This document shows positions 36,342 through 45,831 of a DNA stretch of 64,000 bases, piece by piece; the first letter of the stretch is position 1; every line of letters starts with the position of its first letter. Under the pieces are notes generated by a model that did not search any database, was not told the DNA's origin, and was given only the letters and a program-made list of their open reading frames with translations. This DNA is from Dehalococcoidia bacterium (GTDB lineage Bacteria > Chloroflexota > Dehalococcoidia > SM23-28-2 > RBG-16-64-32), in NCBI GenBank assembly GCA_963665775.2, contig CAXXTF010000002.1, positions 768,001-832,000 on the forward strand, read 5' to 3'. A program made the translations under genes and the position numbers.

Positions 36342-37817
36342 CTAGCCGAACACGCTCACCGCCGCCTCGGAGGCCTGCACCAGCGGATTGGGGAACACCC
36401 CCACCACCAGGAGTCCCACCACCGATATGGTCATCGCCACCGCCAGATAGGGTCCGGGCTGGATGCCCTCCTCGCTGGCCGGCTCGCCCGTGTACATGTT
36501 GAGCACCACCCGCAGGTAGTAGTAGGCCGAGACGACGCTGTTCAGCACGCCCACCATCGCCAGCCACACCAGGTCTGCCTGCACGGCAGAGTTGAAGACG
36601 TACAGCTTCGCTATGAAGCCGGCCGTCGGCGGGATTCCCGTAAGGGAGAGCAGGCACAGCGTTAACCCCAGGGCCAGCAGGGGCGAACGGCGAGCCACCC
36701 CCGCGTAGTCGGCGATCTCATCGGACTTGATCTTGTTGGAGATAGCGATGACACCAATGAAGGCGCCCAGGTTCGTGAAAGCATAGGTGGCCAGGAAAAA
36801 GACCACGGAGCTCGTACCCAGCAGCAACCGCGGCTCCACCGCGGCGACAGCGGCGAGGCCGATGAGGAACGTCCCGGCCTGTGCGATGGAGCTATAGGCC
36901 AGCATCCGCTTGATGTTGGTCTGCACCAGGGCCATCAGATTCCCCACGCTCATGGAGATGGCGGCGATGATGGCGAACATGTACGCCCAGTCGCCGGAGA
37001 TGGTACCGTCCCCCAGGCCAACCACGAAAACGCGCATGACCACCGCGAATCCGGCCGCCTTGCTGGCCACCGAGAGGTACGCCGTCACCGGCGTGGGCGC
37101 CCCTTCATACACATCCGGAACCCACATCTGGAAGGGCACCACCGCCATCTTGAACCCCAGCCCAGCGGCCAGGAACACCGCCGCCAGGACCAGCGCCGAT
37201 CGGCTATCGGGGCCGGCCTGCGCCACGAACTCAGCGATCTCGGCCAGGCTCGTCGATCCCGACAGGCCAAACAGGTAGGCCATGCCGTACAGCGTCACCG
37301 CCGTGCTGATCGCCCCCAGCAGCAGGAACTTCAGCCCCGCCTCACTGGAGCGACCATCCTTCAGGAACGCCACCATAACGTACAGGCTGATCGCCTGCAG
37401 CTCCAGCGCCACGAAGATGGCGATCAGATCGATCGTGCTGGCCAGCAGCATCATTCCGGCCGTGGAGGTCAGCACCAGAGCGAAGTACTCCCCCTGAAAC
37501 CGGCTCCGCCGCAGAAGATCCACGGAGGCCAGGATCACGATGGCAGCGATACCGGCGAACAGGAAGTTGAAGAACAGCGCGAACTTGTCCAGCGTCATCA
37601 TGCCGCTGAACGCCTCGCCCTCTTGGTCGAAGACGATCAGCAACGACGACCAGACGATAGACCCGGCGACCCCGGCCAGGGCCAGCACTACCACACCTGC
37701 CCGCCTCCTCCGGCCGGCCCATTCTCCCGCTACCGGCAGGGCGAGGTCGAACAGCACGATGATCCCCGCTGTAGCCAGCAGGATCAGCTCAGGCCCGAAC
37801 CGATTGACGCTTTCCAC
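36342..37817 (-). CDS. nuoN: NADH-quinone oxidoreductase subunit N
   Basis: EAGLKFLLLG, FKMAVVPFQMWVPDVYEGAP, KRMLAYSSIAQAG, GIPPTAGFIAK. Confidence 0.95.
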   Translation of the reverse strand: MESVNRFGPELILLATAGIIVLFDLALPVAGEWAGRRRRAGVVVLALAGVAGSIVWSSLLIVFDQEGEAFSGMMTLDKFALFFNFLFAGIAAIVILASVDLLRRSRFQGEYFALVLTSTAGMMLLASTIDLIAIFVALELQAISLYVMVAFLKDGRSSEAGLKFLLLGAISTAVTLYGMAYLFGLSGSTSLAEIAEFVAQAGPDSRSALVLAAVFLAAGLGFKMAVVPFQMWVPDVYEGAPTPVTAYLSVASKAAGFAVVMRVFVVGLGDGTISGDWAYMFAIIAAISMSVGNLMALVQTNIKRMLAYSSIAQAGTFLIGLAAVAAVEPRLLLGTSSVVFFLATYAFTNLGAFIGVIAISNKIKSDEIADYAGVARRSPLLALGLTLCLLSLTGIPPTAGFIAKLYVFNSAVQADLVWLAMVGVLNSVVSAYYYLRVVLNMYTGEPASEEGIQPGPYLAVAMTISVVGLLVVGVFPNPLVQASEAAVSVFG

Positions 37818-37884
37818 CTATCGCTTACCCCCGGCCATATGTCTCATGCCCTGGCCCTCAGGCTCGGTTAGATAGCTTTCCATC

Positions 37885-39351
37885 TCAGGCCAGCCTCTCA
37901 GCGATGGGGGCCACGCCCGACTCGAACAGATCGATCATCACCGCCGGATATATCCCTACCAGGAGCACAACCAGCCCCATCGCCAGCAGCGGCCCGCGCT
38001 CCCACCAGGCCGTGGCGTCCGTCAGACCCTCCCAGCGCGGGTCCAGCTCGCCCCAGAACACCCGTTGGATCATCCACAGAATATAGCCGGCCGACAGCAC
38101 GATCCCGATGACGCCCAGGATCGTCAGGAACTCGTGATGTTCAAACGTACCGAGGAACACCATCACCTCCGACACGAATCCGGCCAGGCTCGGCAGCCCC
38201 AGGGACGCCAGCCCGGCCAGCACCATCATCGTGGTGATGAACGGCATACGCTGGGCCAGGCCGGAGAGAGCCCCGATCTCACGGGTGTGCGCCCGGTCGT
38301 ACACCATCCCCACCAGCACGAACAGCATGCCGGTGATGAGACCGTGCGTGAACATCTGCATCGAGGCCCCCGTCAGCCCAACGGTGCCCAGCGCCGAGGC
38401 GCCCAGCAGAACGTAACCCATATGGCTCACGCTGGAGTAGGCGATCAGCCGCTTGAGATCGGTCTGCATCAGCGTCACCAGCGCCCCGTAGAGAATACTC
38501 ACCACCGCGAAGGCCGCCAGCCAGACGGAGACATCGCGAGCCACGTCGGGCATTATCGAGAAGCTAAGGCGGAGGATGCCGTAGCCACCCATCTTCAGGA
38601 GAACCCCCGCCAGGATCACACTCACCGCCGTCGGCGCGTCCGTATGGGCATCCGGAAGCCATGTGTGGAACGGCACCACCGGCAGCTTGATCGCGAACGC
38701 TATCAGGATCAGGAAGAAGATCGCCTGGACCGGAATGATGGCGTCTTTGATCTCGTCGATCTGACCCAGCTCGCGGATATCGAAGGTGCCCGCCGTAAAG
38801 CCCAGCACCAGCAACCCGACCAGCATGAAGCTGGAGCCGAACAGCGTGTACAGCACGTACTTCCAGGCCGAGTACACCCGTCGACCGCTGCCCCAGATAG
38901 AGATCAGGAAGTACATCGGGATCAGCTCGATCTCCCAGAACAGGAAGAAAAGCACGAAATCGAGGGCGCTAAACACCCCCAGCAGGCTCGTCTCCAGCAC
39001 CAGCAGCCAGGCAAAGTACTCCTTCGGCCGCATCTCCACCCGCCATGAGATGAGGATGGCCACCCCGCTCAAGAAAGCCGTTAGCAGCACCAGCGGCAGC
39101 GACAGACCGTCCACCCCCACGATGTACTGCAACTTGAACTGCGAGACGCCCGACTCCAGCCAGCCGTGCTGGTCGATGAACTGGTACCCGCCCGGATCGC
39201 GGTCGTAGGCGGCGAACAGGATCAGGACGCCGGCCAGCACGGCCGCCGCCACGCCCGCCGCGATCCACTTCGCCCAGCCCTCTCGCTCCCGCGGCAGCAG
39301 GGCGATGGCGGCCACTCCGGCTAGCGGCAAGAATATAACGAACGAAAGCAT
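37885..39351 (-). CDS. nuoM: NADH-quinone oxidoreductase subunit M
   Basis: GVDGLS, FWEIELIPMY, PFHTWLPDAH, LLKMGGYG, KRLIAYSSVSHMG. Confidence 0.96.
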   Translation of the reverse strand: MLSFVIFLPLAGVAAIALLPREREGWAKWIAAGVAAAVLAGVLILFAAYDRDPGGYQFIDQHGWLESGVSQFKLQYIVGVDGLSLPLVLLTAFLSGVAILISWRVEMRPKEYFAWLLVLETSLLGVFSALDFVLFFLFWEIELIPMYFLISIWGSGRRVYSAWKYVLYTLFGSSFMLVGLLVLGFTAGTFDIRELGQIDEIKDAIIPVQAIFFLILIAFAIKLPVVPFHTWLPDAHTDAPTAVSVILAGVLLKMGGYGILRLSFSIMPDVARDVSVWLAAFAVVSILYGALVTLMQTDLKRLIAYSSVSHMGYVLLGASALGTVGLTGASMQMFTHGLITGMLFVLVGMVYDRAHTREIGALSGLAQRMPFITTMMVLAGLASLGLPSLAGFVSEVMVFLGTFEHHEFLTILGVIGIVLSAGYILWMIQRVFWGELDPRWEGLTDATAWWERGPLLAMGLVVLLVGIYPAVMIDLFESGVAPIAERLA

Positions 39352-39362
39352 CTACATCAGCC

Positions 39363-41300
39363 TCACGGTGGGTTGATTATCAGGATGCCGGCTACCGCCA
39401 CCACCACCCCCACGAATATCGCCGCCCCGTACACCTGCGCCTGACCGGCCTGCACGACCCTCAGCTGATCCGCACCCCAGCGGGTGGCCACGGCCACCCC
39501 GTTCACCACGCCGTCTACGACGTAGCGATCCCACCAATCCAGGAGATAAGCGCCGCCGCCGAGAATCACCCGCTTCACGATCACGTCCTCGTACAGGGCG
39601 TCCAGGTAGTACTTCTTCTCCAGTAGCTCCGCCAGGGGATACGCCGCCTCTCTGACCTGCTCCGACCGCACGACCCGCGCTCCGTACACCAGCCAGGCCA
39701 CGAATAGCCCCGCTAGCCCCAGCGCCACTGAACCGACCGCTATCCACCACTTGAAATCACCAGCTGTCCTTAGCTCCTCCGTCTCCACCGGCAGCCAGCC
39801 CTCCAGCAGGTGGCCGAACCCATCACCCACGTTCACGAACCCGGCCCCGGCCGCCAGAGCGGCCAGAATCACCAGCGGCGCCAGCATGATCCAGGGCGAC
39901 TCGTGCGGCCGACCCCCGTTCTCCCGGTGCGCCGAGACCTCTCCACCCCTGTACTCGCCTCCGAAAGTCATCAGCAGCATCCGGCCCACGTAGACGGCCG
40001 TGAGAAAAACCCCTGCCAGCGCCACCCAGAACACCCAGGGCCGGTCGGCCCAGGCGTCGGCCAGGATCTCGTCCTTGCTCCAGAAACCGGCCAAGGGGAA
40101 TACCCCCACCAGCGCCATGCTCGCGATCAGCATCGTCGTGAAGGTGATCGGCATAAACCGGGCCAGGCCACCCATCTTCCGCATATCGAACGTGCCCGTG
40201 GCGTGGTTCACGGAGCCTGCGCCCAGGAAGAGAAGCGCCTTGAAAAAGGCGTGCGTGAACAGGTGGAATATCGCCGCCGCCAGGCCACCCACCCCCAGCG
40301 CCATCATCATGTAGCCCAGCTGACTGATCGTCGAGTAGGCCATCACCCGCTTGATGTCCGTGGCCACGATGGCCAGCAGGGCGGCGCTGATGGCAGTGAT
40401 AGCGCCGATCGTCGCCACCGTCGAGATCGCCTCCTCGGAGACGATGAACACGGGGAAGAAGCGCGCCACCAGATACACGCCGGCCACCACCATCGTGGCG
40501 GCGTGGATCAGGGCCGAGACCGGCGTTGGGCCCTCCATAGCATCGGGCAGCCACACGTGCAGAGGAAACTGGGCCGACTTCCCGGCCGCCCCCGCGAACA
40601 CACCCCCCGCGAAGTAGGCGATAACCGCCGACCCGATCGCCCCCGCGGCCGCCAGCTCCTGGATGTTGACGATATCCAGCTCGCCCGTCTGCGTCCAGAT
40701 GAGGATGATCGCCGAGAGAAGGCCCAGATCGCCCACCCGGGTGACCAGAAACGCCTTCGTGGCCGCCCGCCGCGCCGCGTCGCGCTGGAACCAGAAACCG
40801 ATTAGCAGGTAAGAGCAGAGCCCCACCAGCTCCCAGAACACGAACAGCTGCAGCATGTTCGAGGCCAGGACCAGCCCCAGCATGGAGCCCGTGAACAGCG
40901 ACATGAAAGCGTAGTAGCGGCTGTAGCCCTGGTCGCCCCGCATGTACTCCTGCGAGTAAAACTGCACCAGCGTCGACACCGACGTCACCACCACCAGCAT
41001 TACCGCCGTCAGCCCGTCCACCGTCAGCCCGATCTCCACCCGCAGCGGCCCCACCACCACCCACTCGTGCCCACCGAACCCCAGACGAGCGCCGTCCGCC
41101 TGGATAGCGCTGTCCAGCACCCACAGCGACAGCAGGGTAGCGGCCGCTACGCTGGCTACCGTCAGGTAGCCGCTCAGGCGCCCGTGCCAGCGGCCGCTGC
41201 CGGTCACACCCAGGAGCGAGGCCAAGGAGATGACGGCGAAGGAACCCAGGGGCAGGAGCATGATCGCCCATACGACTCCCTCCGGCACCTGGTTCAGCAT
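39363..41300 (-). CDS. nuoL: NADH-quinone oxidoreductase subunit L
   Basis: WELVGLCSYLLIGFW, GKSAQFPLHVWLPDAMEGPTPVSALIHAATMV, HAFFKALLFL. Confidence 0.96.
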   Translation of the reverse strand: MLNQVPEGVVWAIMLLPLGSFAVISLASLLGVTGSGRWHGRLSGYLTVASVAAATLLSLWVLDSAIQADGARLGFGGHEWVVVGPLRVEIGLTVDGLTAVMLVVVTSVSTLVQFYSQEYMRGDQGYSRYYAFMSLFTGSMLGLVLASNMLQLFVFWELVGLCSYLLIGFWFQRDAARRAATKAFLVTRVGDLGLLSAIILIWTQTGELDIVNIQELAAAGAIGSAVIAYFAGGVFAGAAGKSAQFPLHVWLPDAMEGPTPVSALIHAATMVVAGVYLVARFFPVFIVSEEAISTVATIGAITAISAALLAIVATDIKRVMAYSTISQLGYMMMALGVGGLAAAIFHLFTHAFFKALLFLGAGSVNHATGTFDMRKMGGLARFMPITFTTMLIASMALVGVFPLAGFWSKDEILADAWADRPWVFWVALAGVFLTAVYVGRMLLMTFGGEYRGGEVSAHRENGGRPHESPWIMLAPLVILAALAAGAGFVNVGDGFGHLLEGWLPVETEELRTAGDFKWWIAVGSVALGLAGLFVAWLVYGARVVRSEQVREAAYPLAELLEKKYYLDALYEDVIVKRVILGGGAYLLDWWDRYVVDGVVNGVAVATRWGADQLRVVQAGQAQVYGAAIFVGVVVAVAGILIINPP

Positions 41301-41495
41301 CTATATCTTCCTCATGATCTCCTGGGCTATATGTAGCTTGCCCCACGGCACGTATATCTCGTGCCGCACCAGCTCGGCCGCATCGGGACCGCCCAGCGTT
41401 GGCGCCACCCGCACCACCAGCGCCTCCGCGTTGAACAGCTCCTTCCACATCTCCGCTGTATAGGCGTTCTTCGTCTCCATCAGCTTCATCCACAT
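41301..41495 (-). CDS. Small soluble protein (DUF2007/signal-transducing-like) inserted between nuoK and nuoL
   Basis: 64 aa, fills the gap exactly (TAG-ATG abutting nuoL); AEMWKELFNAEA..EIYVP pattern. Confidence 0.65.
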   Translation of the reverse strand: MWMKLMETKNAYTAEMWKELFNAEALVVRVAPTLGGPDAAELVRHEIYVPWGKLHIAQEIMRKI

Positions 41496-41502
41496 AGCGG
41501 CC

Positions 41503-41817
41503 TCACCACTTCAGCAAGTTGATCCGGTCGACATCGATGGTCCCATGCGTTCGGTAGACGAGGACGGCCAGGGCCAGCGCGATCGCCGCCTCCGCGGCCG
41601 CCACTGTGATCACGAACACCACGAACACGTGCCCGCTCAAGGGCGCCGCCGACTCCACGAAGCGGGAGAACGAGACGAACGTCAGGTTCGCCGCGTTGAA
41701 CATCAGCTCGATCCCCATTAGCACGCCCACGAAGTTGCGCTTCGCCAGCGTCAGGTACAGCCCGGTGGCGAACAGCACGGCGCCCACCACCAGATAGTGC
41801 TCCAGACCTACGGACAC
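41503..41817 (-). CDS. nuoK: NADH-quinone oxidoreductase subunit K
   Basis: LMGIELMFNAANL, VAAAEAAIALA. Confidence 0.95.
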   Translation of the reverse strand: MSVGLEHYLVVGAVLFATGLYLTLAKRNFVGVLMGIELMFNAANLTFVSFSRFVESAAPLSGHVFVVFVITVAAAEAAIALALAVLVYRTHGTIDVDRINLLKW

Positions 41818-41818
41818 C

Positions 41819-42328
41819 TCACTCCTCTTCCGAGAACCCTTCGCTCCGTACCAGAACGATCGCCCCGATCATCGACACCAGCAGCAGCACCGATGCCATC
41901 TCGAAGGGGAGGACGTACTTGCTCAGGAGCGCCTCGCCGATCGCTGAAGCCGTCTCCTCGAAGCCGCCGCGGTCGGCGATGGACCAATCCGTCTCCAGGC
42001 TCACCAACCCAATCGTGAAGCCCACCACCACCGCCAGCAGCAGCATCGGCAGCCGCAGTAACGTCTCCGCGTTGTCCCGCCCAGCCTGGGGCGTCAGCAT
42101 GATGGCGAACAGGATCAGAACGGAGATCGCGCCAGCGTAGATCAGCACCTGTGCCACCGCCACGAAGTCCGCCGATAGGGTGACGTACAGCCCCGCCACC
42201 CCCAGAAAGCTGAGGATCAGCAAGACAACCGCGTGGATCAGATTACGCACCACCACCACCATCAGAGCGGAGCCCACCGTGAGCGAGGCCAGAATCCAGA
42301 AGGCAGCGATGGCGCCCGCGTCGTCCAT
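41819..42328 (-). CDS. nuoJ: NADH-quinone oxidoreductase subunit J
   Basis: RNLIHA, QVLIYAGAISVLILFAIML, PFEMASVLLL; ATG overlaps nuoH stop (TAATG). Confidence 0.93.
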   Translation of the reverse strand: MDDAGAIAAFWILASLTVGSALMVVVVRNLIHAVVLLILSFLGVAGLYVTLSADFVAVAQVLIYAGAISVLILFAIMLTPQAGRDNAETLLRLPMLLLAVVVGFTIGLVSLETDWSIADRGGFEETASAIGEALLSKYVLPFEMASVLLLVSMIGAIVLVRSEGFSEEE

Positions 42329-43605
42329 TAGGCCCCTGGCGCTGCCTTCCCATAGAAGTTCGCCCCCACCTCCGTCGTGAGCAGCGCTCGCTGTGCCCGG
42401 CGCTCCGGTCGCCCATGCCCCAACATCCGCCCCCACCCCACCACCAGCGCCACCGCCATCGCCGCATTCACGGCCCCGATCACTGGCAGCGCCACCCCCG
42501 CCGACAGATCCATCTCCCGCCAGATCAGTACCTCCCCCCCAACGACGACCACGTTTAACAGCGACATCGGCAGCAGGAACTTCCAGGCGAACGCCATGAG
42601 CTGATCGATGCGCAGACGGGGCAGCGTCCCTCGCGTCCAGATGAAGATGGAGAAGACCAGATATAGCTTAGCTAAAAACAGCAGCCAGCCCGGCACCCAC
42701 TGCTCCAGCCCCCAGGCCGTCCAGCCACCCAGATACAGGCTGACGGCCACAGCCGAAATGGCGAAGCCGGCGAAGTACTCCGCCGCGTAGAAGAAACCGA
42801 ACTTGATGCCCGAATACTCCGTGTGATAGCCCGCCACGATCTCCGACTCCGCCTCGGCGATATCCATCGGCGATCGGTTAATCTCAACCGCGCCCGCGAT
42901 GAGGTACGCCAGCGCCGGCAGCGGCTGAAGGAAGATCAACCAGGTATTGAACCCACTCTGCCATCCCACCACATCACTCAGCCTCATGCTGCCCGCGAAC
43001 AGCACCACCCCCAGCAGGGCCAGCACCTGGATCAGCTCATAGCTAATCAGCATAGCCACCGTCCGCATCGCCCCCAGAAGCGCATACTTGTTGTTGGACG
43101 ACCAGCCCGCCATGAACACGGCCATCGTATTCAGCGCTGCGACGGCGATAAGAAATAGCACCCCTACATTCAGATCGGCCAGCACCATCCCCTCCGAAAA
43201 GGGAACCACCGCGAACACCACCATGGCCGGCGTGAATATCGCCACCGGCGCTACCCAGAAAAGCAGCCGGTCCGAATCCCGCGTCGTGATCGCCTCCTTC
43301 AGGAAAAGCTTCAAGGAGTCGGCAATCGGCTGAAGCAGCCCCATCGGCCCCACCCGGTTCGGCCCCAGCCGGTTCTGCATCAGCGCGATAGCCCGCCGCT
43401 CGATCCAGATGAAGACGATCTGGCTCGCCAGCAGCCAGAGCAGGATACCCAGGATACCGATCAGCCCAGACACCACGTAGGGAACCCAGTCCGGCGCCCC
43501 CCACTCCTCGATCCGCTGGAGAAAACCCCCCACGGCGTTGCCGATATCCCGCAGATCCCACCACTCGGCCAGCAGCGGGCCTCCCCTGAGCCTCTCCAGG
43601 AGCAT
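42328..43605 (-). CDS. nuoH: NADH-quinone oxidoreductase subunit H
   Basis: ERR..MQNRLGPNRVGP.GLLQPIAD.LKL..KE, SNNKYALLG, AEAESEIVAGYHTEYS, RLRIDQLM. Confidence 0.96.
   Translation of the reverse strand: MLLERLRGGPLLAEWWDLRDIGNAVGGFLQRIEEWGAPDWVPYVVSGLIGILGILLWLLASQIVFIWIERRAIALMQNRLGPNRVGPMGLLQPIADSLKLFLKEAITTRDSDRLLFWVAPVAIFTPAMVVFAVVPFSEGMVLADLNVGVLFLIAVAALNTMAVFMAGWSSNNKYALLGAMRTVAMLISYELIQVLALLGVVLFAGSMRLSDVVGWQSGFNTWLIFLQPLPALAYLIAGAVEINRSPMDIAEAESEIVAGYHTEYSGIKFGFFYAAEYFAGFAISAVAVSLYLGGWTAWGLEQWVPGWLLFLAKLYLVFSIFIWTRGTLPRLRIDQLMAFAWKFLLPMSLLNVVVVGGEVLIWREMDLSAGVALPVIGAVNAAMAVALVVGWGRMLGHGRPERRAQRALLTTEVGANFYGKAAPGA
43577..43602 (+). repeat. Degenerate family-A hairpin in nuoH N-terminus (LERLRGG)
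   Basis: GGGCCTCCCCTGAGCCTCTCCAGGAG resembles dnaX unit GAGCCTCCCCTGAGCCTGCCGAAGGAG. Confidence 0.6.
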
Positions 43606-44708
43606 CAGCGATCCACCTCGCCGACAACGATATCGACACTCCCCAGGATCACGATGGCGTCGGACACCGTAACGCCTTTGGCCAGCTCCGGTAGGGGCGT
43701 CAGGTTGATGAACGAGGGAGAGCGTATGTGAAACCGGAACGGCGCCGGGCCACCGTCACTCACAAGGTAGAAGCCCAGCTCGCCCCGCGGCGACTCGATC
43801 CGCCCATACGCCTCGCCCACCGGTGGTCGCACGGCCAGCGGCACCGGAACGGACACCGGCCCATCCGGCATCATCTCCAGCGCCTGCTCCAGAATATGGA
43901 TGCTCTGTCGCATCTCCGCCATCCGCACCAGGAACCGATCGTACACATCGCCGTTAGTCCCCACCGCTATCTCGAACTCCACCTGCGGGTAGGCCGCGTA
44001 AGGGTCCGCCTTTCGTATGTCCCAGGCCACCCCACTTCCCCTCAGCATCGGCCCGCTGACAGAGCAGGCCAGCGCCCGCTCCGGCAACAACACGCCCACC
44101 CCCCTGGATCGGGCCACGATGATCTCGTTCCCCAGAAGAAGCGCCTCGTACTCGTCCATCCGCTTCGGCAGCTCCTTCACCAGCCTGTCGGCAGCCGGCA
44201 TGAACTCCGGCGGTATATCACTGGACACCCCGCCGATGCGCATGTAGTTAGTGGTTAGCCTGGCCCCGCCCGCCATCTCGAACAGGTCCAGTATCTTCTC
44301 CCTCTCCCGAAACATGTGCATGATCGGCGTCTGCCAGGTGCCGCAGTCGTTGGCGAAGACCCCCACCGCCATAGAGTGGCTGGCGAACCGCTGCAGTTCG
44401 CACATGATCACCCGCAGCCACTGCGCCCGTTCCGGCGCCTCGACACCGCACAGCTTCTCCACGGCCAGCACGTAGGCCAGGTTCCCGGTCATCGCCGCCA
44501 CATAGTCGGTCCGATCCGTGAAGGGAATATTCTGAGTGTAGGTCCGCTCCTCCGCCAGCTTCTCCATCGACCGGTGCAGGTAGCCCATAATCATGTCGGC
44601 ATCGATGATCCGCTCCCCATCCAGGGTCAGGCGCATGCGGAACACACCGTGCGTGCTGGGGTGCTGCGGCCCCACGTTCACCACAAACGGCTCGGTGTTC
44701 ATCGTCAT
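43605..44708 (-). CDS. nuoD: NADH-quinone oxidoreductase subunit D
   Basis: NVGPQHPSTHGV, GYLHRSMEK, DRTDY, ESPRGELG, GEVDR C-terminus; no Ni-binding CxxC. Confidence 0.95.
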   Translation of the reverse strand: MTMNTEPFVVNVGPQHPSTHGVFRMRLTLDGERIIDADMIMGYLHRSMEKLAEERTYTQNIPFTDRTDYVAAMTGNLAYVLAVEKLCGVEAPERAQWLRVIMCELQRFASHSMAVGVFANDCGTWQTPIMHMFREREKILDLFEMAGGARLTTNYMRIGGVSSDIPPEFMPAADRLVKELPKRMDEYEALLLGNEIIVARSRGVGVLLPERALACSVSGPMLRGSGVAWDIRKADPYAAYPQVEFEIAVGTNGDVYDRFLVRMAEMRQSIHILEQALEMMPDGPVSVPVPLAVRPPVGEAYGRIESPRGELGFYLVSDGGPAPFRFHIRSPSFINLTPLPELAKGVTVSDAIVILGSVDIVVGEVDR

Positions 44709-44710
44709 CC

Positions 44711-45226
44711 CTAACCCCGCCCCTCCAGCTCGCCGCCGGGATCGCCGGGAAAGCGCTCCAGCCCCGGCATCAGCCCACCCGGCATCCCCAGCCAATCCTT
44801 ACGCAGCGGGTGGCCGGCGAACCCCTCCCACAGAAACACCCGCCTCAGGTCCGGGTGGCCCTTGAAGCGAACGCCCATCAGATCGTACGCCTCACGCTCC
44901 TGCAGCAGAGCCCCCCACCACACGGAGGTCAGGGAGGGCACCTCCGGCTCTTCCCGATCGTGCGCCCTCACCTTCAGCACGGCCAGCCGGTTAGCCTGAA
45001 TGGACTGCAAGTGATAGACGATCTCGAAATAGTCCAGACAGTCGACCGCCGTCAGGGACACCAGGTAGTGGAACCCCAGCTCCGGGTCGTCCCGCAGGTA
45101 CGTGCAGACCTCCACCAAGACGTCCGCTTTCACGATGGCGCCCTCAGGCGATGCCTCCACCACCGATCCGGGAAACCGCTGCTCCACCCTATGGGCGATC
45201 TCCAGCCCCGAGAGCACCTCCGTCAT
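44711..45226 (-). CDS. nuoC: NADH-quinone oxidoreductase subunit C
   Basis: LTAVD, EREAYDLMGVRFKGHPDLRR, GHPLRKD. Confidence 0.94.
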   Translation of the reverse strand: MTEVLSGLEIAHRVEQRFPGSVVEASPEGAIVKADVLVEVCTYLRDDPELGFHYLVSLTAVDCLDYFEIVYHLQSIQANRLAVLKVRAHDREEPEVPSLTSVWWGALLQEREAYDLMGVRFKGHPDLRRVFLWEGFAGHPLRKDWLGMPGGLMPGLERFPGDPGGELEGRG

Positions 45227-45241
45227 CCTGTTAGCACCCCC

Positions 45242-45302
45242 GGCAGCCTGAAGGCCGCGGCACCAAGCCGCAGATCATCATTCCGCATCCTTTAGGGTGC
45301 GG
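45242..45302. repeat. Degenerate REP-doublet-like element (family C) between nuoA and nuoC
   Basis: GGCAGCCTGAAGGCCGCGGC and hairpin CCGCATCC-TTTA-GGGTGCGG. Confidence 0.5.
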
Positions 45303-45309
45303 TCTCACC

Positions 45310-45681
45310 TCACGTCCATTCCAGGGCTTTCTTTCGCCAGGCGTAGGCTAAGCCGATCAGCAGAATGACGACGAACGTCAGGACCGCGATGAAGCCGGCG
45401 AGGGCCACCTTCTCGAAGGAGACGGCCCAGGGGTAGAGAAACACCGCCTCAACATCGAAGATCACAAACAGAAGGGCGAAATAGTAGTAGCGAAAGTTGA
45501 ACTGAACCCAGGCCGTCCCCTCCGTCTCCACACCGCACTCGTAGGTGCTCTCCTTGATCGGGTCCGGCGCGTCGGGACGCATCCCAGCCCGACCCAGCAG
45601 CCACGACGTCACGATACCGCCAGTCGGGAACACAACCGCCAGCAGGAGAAGGAACCCAACGTGGCCCCATTCTGGAAGCAT
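45310..45681 (-). CDS. nuoA: NADH-quinone oxidoreductase subunit A
   Basis: TYECG, RYYYFALLFVIFDVEAVFLYPWA, KKALEW; start at ATG 45681. Confidence 0.95.
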   Translation of the reverse strand: MLPEWGHVGFLLLLAVVFPTGGIVTSWLLGRAGMRPDAPDPIKESTYECGVETEGTAWVQFNFRYYYFALLFVIFDVEAVFLYPWAVSFEKVALAGFIAVLTFVVILLIGLAYAWRKKALEWT

Positions 45682-45831
45682 CGCCTTACCTTTGTGAAAT
45701 TTATCCTTTTCGTATCTCCGGCAGTATAGCATAGGGCCTACTTGCGGACAAGCAAAAGCGGGCCATCGCGACGCCATCAACTCCACCCCGCATTCAAACT
45801 GACCCACTACCTGAAAGAGAGGCGTTCCACC

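Noticed and set aside
43605-44708. NuoD as a group 4 [NiFe]-hydrogenase large subunit
   Set aside because: No N- or C-terminal CxxC Ni ligands; ends in GEVDR like NuoD
45227-45309. Hidden or degenerate nuoB in the A-C gap
   Set aside because: Only 83 bp; the 25-aa Cys-containing mini-ORF has no CCxxE or GxC NuoB motifs and derives from hairpin sequence
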